DNA of 64,000 nucleotides. Source: Planctomycetota bacterium. GTDB taxonomy: Bacteria; Planctomycetota; Phycisphaerae; Phycisphaerales; UBA1924. Both the position numbers and the translations under genes were made by a program. The stretch covers positions 6,600-70,599 of the forward strand of contig JBCDIT010000016.1 of NCBI GenBank assembly GCA_038748775.1. Direction: 5' to 3'. Under the pieces are notes generated by a model. That model did not search any database. It saw only the letters and a program-made list of their open reading frames with translations, and was not told where the DNA came from. This document shows positions 48,371 to 57,510 of this stretch, piece by piece; positions within the stretch are counted from its first letter, which is position 1; every line of letters starts with the position of its first letter.

Positions 48371-51300
48371 ATGTCCGACCTTCCCACGAAACTCGCCCAG
48401 TACGTCGTCGAGCGAGAGCTCGGCCGTGGTGGCATGGGGGTGGTCTATCTCGCTTGCGACCCCAAGCTCGACCGCCCCGTCGCGATCAAGGTCTTGCCCG
48501 ATTCGATGACCGAGCACCCCGATCGGCTGGCTCGGTTTAGCCGCGAGGCGAAGATCGTCGCGCAGCTCAACCACCCCAACATCGCCGGCGTGTATGCGCT
48601 CCACGAGCACCTGGGTCGCCAGATGCTCGTGATGGAGTATGTCGAGGGCGTGAACCTCGACGAAAGGCTGAGCGCCGGCATGGCGCTGACGGTTCAGGAG
48701 GCGATTCAGATCTGCGTGCAGACAGCCGCGGGGCTCGAAGCGGCCCACACCCACGGCGTGATCCACCGCGACCTCAAGCCCGGGAACATCCGTATCCGCA
48801 AGGACGGGATGGTTAAGGTGCTGGACTTCGGGCTCGCCAAACCCGAGGCCGATGCACACGGGGCCGGTGCCGACAGCGACGACACGATGAGCCTGGCGGC
48901 GACCGAAGCGGGGCGGGTGCTGGGCACCGCCGGCTATATGAGCCCCGAGCAAGCACGCGGCAAGCCCGTCGACAAGCGGACCGATGTCTGGGCCTTTGGA
49001 TGTGTGTTGTACGAGTGTCTCACAAGCACGCGTGCGTTCGGGGGTGACACGGCGATGGACGCGATGGTCGCCGTGCTCGAGAAGCAGCCGGCGTGGGAAC
49101 GCTTGCCAGAGCAGTTGCCCGACAGCCTCGCCGATCTGCTGAGGCGTTGCCTCGAGAAAGACGCCGACCGACGGGCACGCGACATCGGTGACGTTCGCCT
49201 GCAGCTCGAGGACGCCCTTGCGTCGTGGGGCACCGCCGGGTCGGTTGCCTACGGGGGGTGGCGGTCGCGCAGCGGTACCGGGTCGACGACCGGATCTGCG
49301 ACGGGGTCTGCGACCGGAGCGACGGCCGGTCGTTCGTCGAACGCGTCACCCGGCGCGTCGTCATCGGCATCTTCGCAAGGCGGACCGGGTCGGCCGGTCT
49401 TCAATGTCGGGAGTGGCGGCTCTGGCTCGGGCGTCGCAGGTCTCGCGACGCCGACGAACCTCAAGGCGCAGCTCACCAAGTTCATCGGTCGCGGCGCGAT
49501 CTTGAGCGACCTCAGCTCGCTCATCGAAGAGCAGCGGCTGCTCACGCTCACCGGCGCCGCCGGGTGCGGGAAGACAAGGCTCGCGATCGAAGCCGCGGCG
49601 AGGCGAGCGTCCGAGCACCGGGGCGGCGTGTGGATCGTCGAGCTCGGCGCCCTCGATCCTGCGTCGGCGAACGCGGACCGGGTGGCGGTTGAGATCGCGA
49701 CGGTCTTGGGCGTGCCGATCGCCGATGGAGCGTCACCGGCCGACCAGCTGATCGTTGCCCTCGCGGGTCGCGAGGCCTTGCTGATTATGGACAACTGCGA
49801 GCACGTGCTCGAGCCGGTCGACGAGATCGTCGCGAGGCTGCTCAGCGTGTGCCCGGGGGTACGCGTGCTGGCAACGGCGCGAGAGGCCCTGGGGCTTCCG
49901 GGTGAGACGGTCCTCAGCGTGCCCCCGATGGACGTGCCCCCGCCCGATGGTGCGTCGGATCCGGAGCTGCTCGAGGCCAACGAGTCGGTGCAGTTGTTCC
50001 TCGATCGCGCCCGCGCTGTGCGACCGAGGTTCTGTCTGACACCGAGCAACATCGGCGCCGTGGTCCGCGTGTGCCGGGAACTCGACGGGATCCCGCTCGC
50101 GATCGAACTCGCCGCGGCCCGGGTGAAGCTGTTGAGCGTTGAACAGATCGCCGAGCGTCTGGGTCAGCGGTTCAAGCTTCTCCGGGGCGGTGGCAAGCAG
50201 ACGCCGACGCGGCAGCAGACGCTTCACGCGGCGATCGCGTGGAGCTACGACAATCTCGAACCGTCCGAGCAAGCGGCGATGCGCCGCCTCAGCGTGTTCG
50301 GCTCGGGCTTCACGCTCGGGGCCGCGGAGGCGGTCAGCTCGGGCGAGTATGCCGAGCACGCCACCCCGGGCGATCTGAACGAAGACTCGGTCCTCGAAGA
50401 GTGGGAGGTGATCGATCTCGTCGGCCAACTGCTCGACAAGAGCCTGCTCATCGTCGACGAGGGGATCGATGACACGCGACCGTCCGACGAGCCGCGGTAC
50501 CGCATGCTCGAGACGATACGTCAGTTTGGCTTGCTTCAGCTCGAGTCCGGAGGCGAGTCTGAAGAAGCGCAGAACCGCCTCCTGGCATGGATGGCCGGCG
50601 TCGCCGCCGAAGCCGGCGAAGGTCTCGTCGGCCCGGACCAATCAACGTGGTTCGACCGGCTCGATCGGGAGCAAGCGTCGATCAGGGCGGCGCTCGGGTG
50701 GGTGCTTTCGGGCAAAGGCGATCTTGAGCGTGGTCGTCAGCTCGCCGCCGGCGTGTGGCGTTTCTGGGCGTACCGGGGGTACATGGGCGAGGGACGCTCT
50801 CTGCTCACCCGGCTCGACGCGGCCGGCGCCGGGGGTGAACCGACCGCCGCGTGGGCGCGGCTGCGTGAGGGGATCAGTTGGACCGCGATGCTCATCGGTG
50901 ATCTCGGGTCGGCGATCGCGTTCGGGCGGTCAGGGCTCGAGATGGCGCGCGCTTCGGGTGATGAGTTGGCAGTATCGAATCTCCTGAACTGTCTCGGAGC
51001 CGCGTGTCTCGGTGAGGGGTTGGCCGATCAAGCGGCCGACTACTTCGAGCAGTCGTTGATGATCCGCAAGCGGTTCAACAAGTTGACACTCGCCGCGGCG
51101 TGCCTGAACAACTTGGGCGAGTGCCGCCGCCAGTCACGCGCGTTCGCCGAGGCGCGCGAGCTGTACCGTGAGGCCGCGCTGGCGTTGGGCGGATCGACTG
51201 ATGTCTTGCTCCGCGCGACGATCTCGCAGAACCTCGGTTGGCTCGCGCTCGCCGAGGATGATCCGGCGATCGCCGGTGAGCATGCCGAGGCGGCGCTCGA

Positions 51301-51604
51301 AGTGGTCGCATCGGCGGGCGCCGAGGGCGAGGCGCCGGCGCTGCTCGAACTGTGCGCTTCGATCGCCAGCGCAAGCGAAGACCATCCAACCGCCGTGCTG
51401 CTCTTCGCCGCCGCGGAGAGCAACCGCGAGAAACAGGGAAGCCCGCCTCGGCCGAGCGTGCGTCGCGACTTCGAGCCTTGGCTTCGTCGCTCGTTCGACG
51501 CGCTGCCCGTCGCGGAGCTCAGTCGCGCGAGGGCGTCGGGCATCTCCATGTCGATCCGATCCGCGATCCAAGCGGCGCTCTCACCGCGAATCGACGGCGG
51601 ATAA
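48371..51604 (+). CDS. Ser/Thr kinase fused to STAND/AAA ATPase and TPR repeats (PknK-like architecture)
   Basis: The ATG at 48371 gives MSDLPTKLAQYVVERELGRGGMGVVY. Kinase motifs HRDLKPGNI and DFGLA, Walker A LTGAAGCGKTRLA, Walker B LLIMDNCEHV, and a C-terminal TPR-like helical repeat region. Confidence 0.85.
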   Translation: MSDLPTKLAQYVVERELGRGGMGVVYLACDPKLDRPVAIKVLPDSMTEHPDRLARFSREAKIVAQLNHPNIAGVYALHEHLGRQMLVMEYVEGVNLDERLSAGMALTVQEAIQICVQTAAGLEAAHTHGVIHRDLKPGNIRIRKDGMVKVLDFGLAKPEADAHGAGADSDDTMSLAATEAGRVLGTAGYMSPEQARGKPVDKRTDVWAFGCVLYECLTSTRAFGGDTAMDAMVAVLEKQPAWERLPEQLPDSLADLLRRCLEKDADRRARDIGDVRLQLEDALASWGTAGSVAYGGWRSRSGTGSTTGSATGSATGATAGRSSNASPGASSSASSQGGPGRPVFNVGSGGSGSGVAGLATPTNLKAQLTKFIGRGAILSDLSSLIEEQRLLTLTGAAGCGKTRLAIEAAARRASEHRGGVWIVELGALDPASANADRVAVEIATVLGVPIADGASPADQLIVALAGREALLIMDNCEHVLEPVDEIVARLLSVCPGVRVLATAREALGLPGETVLSVPPMDVPPPDGASDPELLEANESVQLFLDRARAVRPRFCLTPSNIGAVVRVCRELDGIPLAIELAAARVKLLSVEQIAERLGQRFKLLRGGGKQTPTRQQTLHAAIAWSYDNLEPSEQAAMRRLSVFGSGFTLGAAEAVSSGEYAEHATPGDLNEDSVLEEWEVIDLVGQLLDKSLLIVDEGIDDTRPSDEPRYRMLETIRQFGLLQLESGGESEEAQNRLLAWMAGVAAEAGEGLVGPDQSTWFDRLDREQASIRAALGWVLSGKGDLERGRQLAAGVWRFWAYRGYMGEGRSLLTRLDAAGAGGEPTAAWARLREGISWTAMLIGDLGSAIAFGRSGLEMARASGDELAVSNLLNCLGAACLGEGLADQAADYFEQSLMIRKRFNKLTLAAACLNNLGECRRQSRAFAEARELYREAALALGGSTDVLLRATISQNLGWLALAEDDPAIAGEHAEAALEVVASAGAEGEAPALLELCASIASASEDHPTAVLLFAAAESNREKQGSPPRPSVRRDFEPWLRRSFDALPVAELSRARASGISMSIRSAIQAALSPRIDGG

Positions 51605-51668
51605 CGCCCGCTCGGCACCGGTGTCTCATCAACCTTCTGAAACCGTCGCGCGAACATGAATCTTCCGA

Positions 51669-51692
51669 GCGGTGTACTCGAAGTACACCCCG
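51669..51692 (+). terminator. candidate stem-loop downstream of the STAND kinase gene
   Basis: Perfect 8-bp stem GGTGTACT-CGA-AGTACACC (51671-51689) with flanking G/C pairs. No clear U-tract. Confidence 0.35.
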
Positions 51693-51852
51693 CTAAGGTC
51701 GCGCGACGAGTCCGTTCGCGCGAAGACCTATCGCCCCGATAGCTTCGATGCCCGCTCTCCATCGCAGCGCACCCGCCGCGGCGTGACATCTCTCCCCTCA
51801 AGGCCCAGGCGTTGGGCTCAGAATCGGGGATCAAATGAGATCTGGAGAGACC

Positions 51853-52656
51853 ATGAAGACTCACAGTGTTATCGCCGCCATCGCCGTTTCTGCTGGGGCG
51901 TTCGCAGCTTCGGCGCAGTCCGTACAGGTCACGTTCGAGAACGTCAACGCAGAGGGCGGGTTCTTCTTCACTCCGGTGTGGGTGGGCCTGCACGATGGAT
52001 CGTTCGACTCGTACGACGGAGGAACGCTCGCCTCGAACTGGCCCGGGCTCACCCCGCTGGCTGAGGAAGGCGACGTCGGACCGATCAGCAACGCCTTCGA
52101 CGCGGCCACCGGAGGTGTCGGCGTTGACGGGACCGTGTTCGGAAACGTCGGTCACCCGACCCTCGCCCCGGGTGAGTCGGGGTCGGTCACCCTCGACGCC
52201 GTCGACAGCACTGTCAACCGTTACTTTAGTTTCGCCACCATGCTCGTTCCGTCGAACGACCTCTTCGCCGCGAACGGGAACCCTTTCGCCCACGAGATCT
52301 TCGACGCGGCCGGCAACTTCAACGGCCCGCTCGTCATCGAGATCTACGGCCGCGACCTCAACGACAACGGGACCGAAGTCAACGACGCGTTCGGAGGGGC
52401 CGCGTTCAGCGCGAACGGTGGTGTCGGCGCCGATGAGAGCGTCGTGATCCGGAACTTCTTCGAGGGTTCAAACCTCGCGGACGACTCGCAGTACATCGCC
52501 TCGTTCATCGGGACGAACACCGCCACCGGCGAACTGATCACCCATGCCTTTGGACGCGACAAGCTGCTGGGTCGTATAACGATCGTGCCGACTCCGGGGG
52601 CCGCCGCCGTGCTCATGCTCAGCGGTCTCGCCGCCGGGCGCCGCCGTCGGGCCTGA
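51853..52656 (+). CDS. spondin-N-like domain protein with PEP-CTERM anchor
   Basis: The ATG at 51853 gives signal MKTHSVIAAIAVSAGAFAASAQ. FFFTPVWVGLHDGSFD...LAEEGD...FATMLVPSNDLF fits the bacterial Spond_N pattern. C-terminus IVPTPGAAAVLMLSGLAAGRRRRA. Confidence 0.6.
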   Translation: MKTHSVIAAIAVSAGAFAASAQSVQVTFENVNAEGGFFFTPVWVGLHDGSFDSYDGGTLASNWPGLTPLAEEGDVGPISNAFDAATGGVGVDGTVFGNVGHPTLAPGESGSVTLDAVDSTVNRYFSFATMLVPSNDLFAANGNPFAHEIFDAAGNFNGPLVIEIYGRDLNDNGTEVNDAFGGAAFSANGGVGADESVVIRNFFEGSNLADDSQYIASFIGTNTATGELITHAFGRDKLLGRITIVPTPGAAAVLMLSGLAAGRRRRA

Positions 52657-52684
52657 TCAATCCACGTCTCCCCGCGCGAATTGG

Positions 52685-52715
52685 AGCCGGGCCGGCGCGT
52701 TGCGCTGGCTCGGCT
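52685..52715. terminator. strong GC-rich hairpin between convergent genes
   Basis: 14-bp stem AGCCGGGCCGGCGC / GCGCTGGCTCGGCT (two G-U pairs) with loop GTT. It abuts the LysR stop codon at 52716. Confidence 0.5.
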
Positions 52716-53615
52716 TCATCGCTTTGTGCCGGCGGACCGCAGATGATCAGAGAACAGCCTGGCGAGACAGACCGCAAGCTCTGACTTCGGTCGTCCGGCC
52801 TTCCACACCAATGACACTGGTCTCGTCGGCGTTCCAGAGCTCACCTCGCGCGCCGCAATGCCCGCAAGATTGAACGAGCCGAGCGACGACTCGGGCACGA
52901 GCGAAAGACCGAGATTGCGGCGCACGAGTTCAAGGACCGTCGCGATCTGGCCCGAGTCGATCTGGGTGATCTTGTCGAGGTTCTGGATCTCGCAAAACTC
53001 GATGGTCTGATCGCCCAAGCAATGCAACTCACTCAGGATCACCACGCCGGCCTCGTTGAAGTCGTCCTTGCACACGCGATCGCGTTGTGCCCAGGGGCTG
53101 TCGCTGGCCATAACCACAACCAGCGGCTCGTCGTAGACGTGCTCGAAGCGACAACGGTCGTCGTTCACGTGAGACGCGATCAGACCGACGTCAACGAGTC
53201 CGCGCGCCACGAGCCCGACGACGTCGACCGTTGGGGATTCCGAAAGGTACACGTTCACCTTGGGGTATTCGTCGCGGAACGCCCGCAGGGGACCGGGCAG
53301 CAGGAAGGGCACCAGCGTTGGGATCGCGGCGACGTGTATCGAGCCTTGTGTCGTTCGCTCGGTGTCGCGAAGTGTGCGACGCGTCTCGTCGAAGAGGCTC
53401 AGGATCTCGTACGCCCGATCGCGGAGCGCGAGCCCGGCCGTTGTGAGGTCGACCCCGTCGGCGCGCCTGTCGAACAACTCGACGCCGAGGGTGTCCTCGA
53501 GGCGGCCGATCTGCTGGCTCAGCGAAGGTTGGCGCACACCCAAACGCCTCGCGGCTTCGCGGAAGCTGCCTGTCTCGATCACCGTCACGAATGCCTTAAG
53601 GTGTCTCTGTTCCAC
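52716..53615 (-). CDS. LysR-family transcriptional regulator
   Basis: N-terminal HTH LKAFVTVIETGSFREAARRLGVRQPSLSQQIGRLE and a LysR substrate-binding-type C-terminal half. Confidence 0.9.
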   Translation of the reverse strand: MEQRHLKAFVTVIETGSFREAARRLGVRQPSLSQQIGRLEDTLGVELFDRRADGVDLTTAGLALRDRAYEILSLFDETRRTLRDTERTTQGSIHVAAIPTLVPFLLPGPLRAFRDEYPKVNVYLSESPTVDVVGLVARGLVDVGLIASHVNDDRCRFEHVYDEPLVVVMASDSPWAQRDRVCKDDFNEAGVVILSELHCLGDQTIEFCEIQNLDKITQIDSGQIATVLELVRRNLGLSLVPESSLGSFNLAGIAAREVSSGTPTRPVSLVWKAGRPKSELAVCLARLFSDHLRSAGTKR

Positions 53616-53672
53616 ATCGACAGCGTATCGATCGACCGACGGCAGACGAGGCCTTGTCGGGGAAAGCTGTCG

Positions 53673-54269
53673 TTATCGTCGACGCCGCGACGCGGCCAAG
53701 CCGAGCACCCCGAAGCTGCAAACAACGCCCGGTGCCGGCACCGCCGTGAGCCGGACGTTGTCGAAATTCGCCTGGAAGGGGCCCCAGAGGCTGATCGCGA
53801 CCGACCGGCCGAGCAACGCGTCGTCGGCGGTCGCCGTGTACGTCACGACGGTGGTCACCGATCCGCCAACCACAGGCGTGAGCGAACTCGCGTCCTCCGC
53901 GATCGTTCGACCCCCAGCCAGCAGCCGCACGGCGTACCCGTCGAAAAGGCCCGGCCGAGCGATGATGTCGACGGTGAGTTCGTATGTCACGCCGGCTTCG
54001 AGCACCTCACCTGTCACTTGAGTCGCCGTGCCACCGTTCGTGAAGAGCACGTGGTCGCCGTCGGTCGCCTCGTATCCGTAGGTGTCGATGGTGGGGTGGA
54101 ACGTACCGAGCGTGTTCTCGATCCCAGACCACCCGTTGGGCGCAAGCAGATCGAACCCGCCCGCGCCATGCGAAGCGTCTTCAAAGCTCGAGTTGACCAG
54201 AGTGACCGGTTCCGCGGCGGTGACCGCGGAGAGCGCACACAGCGCTCCGAGCGTCGTCCAGCGTCTCAT
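53673..54269 (-). CDS. PEP-CTERM-anchored secreted protein (paralogue A)
   Basis: Signal peptide, VTLVNSSFE start of the mature part and C-terminus AVPAPGVVCSFGVLGLAASRRRR. Clearly homologous to 54537-55136. Confidence 0.7.
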   Translation of the reverse strand: MRRWTTLGALCALSAVTAAEPVTLVNSSFEDASHGAGGFDLLAPNGWSGIENTLGTFHPTIDTYGYEATDGDHVLFTNGGTATQVTGEVLEAGVTYELTVDIIARPGLFDGYAVRLLAGGRTIAEDASSLTPVVGGSVTTVVTYTATADDALLGRSVAISLWGPFQANFDNVRLTAVPAPGVVCSFGVLGLAASRRRR

Positions 54270-54536
54270 CTCTCTGTTCCCGTCTTGTCAACGCCGAAGG
54301 GCGTCCGTCTCTCTTGTCCCGTCAACGGTATCGATCAGCCCGATCGATCGCGACAGGAAAACATAGCAGCGGCGGGTGATTCCTCTAGGTTTAGATCAGA
54401 GAGAACATGAGGAATGCGCGCAAAGACAACATGAGAGGCGACCGGCACCGCCAATATCGGGTAGATACGACGCGCAGGGCTCGCGGACCGTTGAAGAAAG
54501 CGAGCGACGACCCCTCGGCCGTCGCCGCGATGTCCG

Positions 54537-55136
54537 TTAGCGACGACGACGGAAGCCGAGCGCCGCGAGCCCGAACAGAGCGCTCGCGGCCGGGGCCGGA
54601 ACGAGCGTCGCGTCAAGGCTGACGTTGTCGAGATTGGTCTGGAACGCGCCGGTCAGGCGAACGGTGATCGCCTCGCCAAGCAGCGAGCCATCCGCCGGAG
54701 CGGTATAGGTGAGGATCGACGTCAGGAACTGGCCGTCATCCGGGTTCTGCGAACCGTCGTCGAACGCGATGACGGTATCGCCCGCCAACAGTTCGATGAG
54801 GTACCCATTGTGAAGGCCCGGGCGGGCAATCACGTCGACCGACAGCGTGTAGGTCGTTTCGGCTTCCAGGACGGCCGACGTGGTCTGCTGAACACCACCG
54901 GAGTTGATGTAGAGCAGGTTGTTGCCCTCGGAGGCCGAGTACCCGAAGTTGTCCATCGACGGGGCGAAGGTCCCGACGTTGCCGCCGAAAGCCTGCCAGC
55001 CGATGGGAGCCGTGGTGTCGAAGCTGTCCATGCCAAGCGCCGCCTGCTCGAACCCGCCGTTTTGAATCGTGATCGGCGCGGCGAGCGCAGCGGGCACAGC
55101 GATAGCTGCAACCAACGATGTCATCGTTCGATTCAT
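54537..55136 (-). CDS. PEP-CTERM-anchored secreted protein (paralogue B)
   Basis: ITIQNGGFE..., shared blocks (VDVIARPGLHNGY / VDIIARPGLFDGY; NLDNVSL / NFDNVRL) and C-terminus LVPAPAASALFGLAALGFRRRR. Confidence 0.7.
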   Translation of the reverse strand: MNRTMTSLVAAIAVPAALAAPITIQNGGFEQAALGMDSFDTTAPIGWQAFGGNVGTFAPSMDNFGYSASEGNNLLYINSGGVQQTTSAVLEAETTYTLSVDVIARPGLHNGYLIELLAGDTVIAFDDGSQNPDDGQFLTSILTYTAPADGSLLGEAITVRLTGAFQTNLDNVSLDATLVPAPAASALFGLAALGFRRRR

Positions 55137-55263
55137 CTCTCGTTCCCTTCACCAGGGTGTCCGGGCGAGGCTCTCACCACGCCGCTTCCGTGCTCTCGCG
55201 GTGACAGTGCACCGCTGATCGGAACCTACACGCGCACCCGGGGGCGACCACAAACTTCAGTAT

Positions 55264-56490
55264 TCACGGGTCAAAATGCCCCGTTTGGGTGTGCAGGTTC
55301 TTTGATGACACAAGCTTGCGTACGAGGGTTTCTACCCCGTCAATCACCCTTGCCATCCGCTCGTAGTCGAGCGTCTCGGGCAGGTCGCCGGCCGTGTGGT
55401 AGTTCTTGTTCCGGTAGAACGCCGTGTCGGTCACCATGACCGCCCGGTACCCCGCCTCCCAAAAGGACCGATGATCCGAGAAGCCGATCCCTGGCACCGC
55501 CTCGGGGAGCGCCGCGCCTTCGATCGGAAAGTTGATCGCTGAGCGCCAGTCTCGCACGAACCGGCGCACAAGCCCGACCGAGCGCACGTTGCCCACGATG
55601 GCGACGAAATCTCCGGTATCCGGGTAGAACAGCGATATGGGCATCGGGTACGTCTGCGATCCCGGTGCATCGTCGTAGAACCCGATCATTTCAAGGTTGA
55701 TCATCGCGGTGATGTCATCGCCCCGCGCTCGGGCGGCATCGGCCGCGAGGGCGCTGCCCATCCGCTCGGTCATGAAGTGGGGGGGTTCTTCGTTCCCGTA
55801 CAACTCGAACCGGATCGGGATCGCCGCCGGGCGTTTCTTGAATCGCGCCGCGAGCTCGAGCACCCCAGCAACACCCGACGCGTTGTCATCGGCGCCGGGC
55901 GTCATGCAATACGTGTCATAATGAGCGCCGATGACGACGATCGGTGACGGAGCGTGCGTTCCGTCAACGGTTGCATCGATGTTGATGCAAGGCGTCGGCG
56001 AGCCAGCGAACTGGTGTTCGGAGATGCTCGGTTCGAGCCCGGTGCGAGCCAGCCGTCGCGCGAGGTACATCACCGCGGCTCTCGTCGACGCTTCGTTGTA
56101 CGTGTGTCGCTGATCGTGCTGGTGCGCAAGCACGCGAACGTCCGATTCGAGACGATCCGCCGTGGCGCGTTGCGCGTTGGTCAGGGATGGCAACGGACCT
56201 TCGTGATCCGAGCCGGGCATCCGGATCAGCGTCGCCCACGCGGCACCCAATCCTGCAGCGCCAACACCCGCTCCGATCAATAGGCGGTGAAACGCGCGGC
56301 GAGTGAACACGCGGAAACGCGTCTTCTCGGCGTTCGATTGCGTACGAGACGTCTTCGCCCGGGCGCGTCGACCGCGCCCGGGCCCTTCGGTTGCTTTGGG
56401 AGGCATACACCGACCCTCGCCCCCAGCGAGCGTGGTTTGGTTGTGGTTCCCAGCCGGCCCCGCGGCGTCCTGCCACAGGGCTTCCTTCAT
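55264..56490 (-). CDS. M28-family aminopeptidase, probably Tat-exported
   Basis: GADDNASGVAGVLELA zinc-site motif and twin-arginine-like FTRRAFHRLLIGAGVGAAGLGAAWA. The start may be the internal ATG at 56406. Confidence 0.8.
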   Translation of the reverse strand: MKEALWQDAAGPAGNHNQTTLAGGEGRCMPPKATEGPGRGRRARAKTSRTQSNAEKTRFRVFTRRAFHRLLIGAGVGAAGLGAAWATLIRMPGSDHEGPLPSLTNAQRATADRLESDVRVLAHQHDQRHTYNEASTRAAVMYLARRLARTGLEPSISEHQFAGSPTPCINIDATVDGTHAPSPIVVIGAHYDTYCMTPGADDNASGVAGVLELAARFKKRPAAIPIRFELYGNEEPPHFMTERMGSALAADAARARGDDITAMINLEMIGFYDDAPGSQTYPMPISLFYPDTGDFVAIVGNVRSVGLVRRFVRDWRSAINFPIEGAALPEAVPGIGFSDHRSFWEAGYRAVMVTDTAFYRNKNYHTAGDLPETLDYERMARVIDGVETLVRKLVSSKNLHTQTGHFDP

Positions 56491-56545
56491 CGATACGCTT
56501 ACAGATCACACGGGTTCCGGGCATAGGCCCGGCGGAGGCCCAGGT

Positions 56546-57088
56546 ATGCACGAATACGCGGTCTATGCAGGTAGTTTCGATCCGCCCACCAAAGGGCACG
56601 TATGGATGATCGAGCAGGCGTCGGCGATGTTCGACAAGCTCATCGTCGCCGTGGCACGCAACCCGGAGAAGACGTATACGTTCGACGTGAAGCTGCGTGA
56701 AGCTTGGCTCAACCAGGTCGCGGAACGGTTCTCGAATGTCGAGGTCGCGACGCTCGAGAACGAGTTCCTGAGCCACTACGCCCAGGCACGCGGCGCTCGC
56801 TTCATCGTCCGCGGCATCCGCAACGAAGATGACTACCAATATGAACGAGCGATGCGCTACGTCAACGCCGACCTCGCGCCGGGATTGACGACGGTGTTTC
56901 TCATCCCGCCGCGTGAGTTGTGCGAGGTGTCGTCGAGCTTCGTCAAGGGCATGGTGGGCCCGGTCGGCTGGGAACCGATTGTCGAGGGCTACGTGCCCGG
57001 GCCCGTCTACGCGCACCTCCGCGAGTGGGCCAACTCACCGCACACGAGACCGGAGGCCGCCGAGGGCGCGGTGGGGGACGGCAGCTAA
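56546..57088 (+). CDS. coaD: pantetheine-phosphate adenylyltransferase
   Basis: ATG at 56546. AVYAGSFDPPTKGHVWMI (T/HxGH nucleotidyltransferase motif), RGIRNEDDYQYE and ISSSFVK-like SSSFVKGM. Confidence 0.9.
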   Translation: MHEYAVYAGSFDPPTKGHVWMIEQASAMFDKLIVAVARNPEKTYTFDVKLREAWLNQVAERFSNVEVATLENEFLSHYAQARGARFIVRGIRNEDDYQYERAMRYVNADLAPGLTTVFLIPPRELCEVSSSFVKGMVGPVGWEPIVEGYVPGPVYAHLREWANSPHTRPEAAEGAVGDGS

Positions 57089-57150
57089 ACAATGAAGCGT
57101 CGGGAATCTCGTCCAGAGGCTCCGCGGGTGAGCCACACCCAGAGTCAAAC

Positions 57151-57510
57151 ATGAGTGCTGCCCGCGCGACGCGCGATCACCGCTTCCCGAGTTGGCTTAA
57201 GGTGATGGGCTTCATCGTCGCGATGGTCGTGCTCGTCGTGACCGGGTACTACGTCGAGTCGGAAATGGAAAGGGACGTCCTCGAGGCGACGGGATTCCTG
57301 CGCTGGGACGGCCCCGATTCGGACATTCGCGTCGTCCAGCTCAATCCTCCACCCGAACAACTTCTCTCGGTCTTTCAACCAAACAGCGACGCAAAGTCCG
57401 CAAAGTACGTCGGGTACGTCTTCGCAACGCACTTTGGATCGTTGATGAACACGTTCGGACGTCGCAGCGCGATCAACGCCATCGACATCGCCATCCGGTG
57501 GTCGTCATAG
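57151..57510 (+). CDS. possible small membrane protein
   Basis: ATG at 57151, one TM (VMGFIVAMVVLVVTGYYV) and high GC3 over the first ~75 codons. The last 136 nt overlap the aroA 3' end convergently, so the real end is doubtful. Confidence 0.3.
   Translation: MSAARATRDHRFPSWLKVMGFIVAMVVLVVTGYYVESEMERDVLEATGFLRWDGPDSDIRVVQLNPPPEQLLSVFQPNSDAKSAKYVGYVFATHFGSLMNTFGRRSAINAIDIAIRWSS

Noticed and set aside
51040-52293. 417-aa minus-strand ORF
   Set aside because: It overlaps the end of the STAND kinase and the spondin-like gene in antisense. Ser/Arg-rich with no motifs.
53022-54410. 462-aa plus-strand ORF
   Set aside because: Antisense to the LysR gene and to the PEP-CTERM paralogue A. Arg/Val/Glu-rich shadow ORF.
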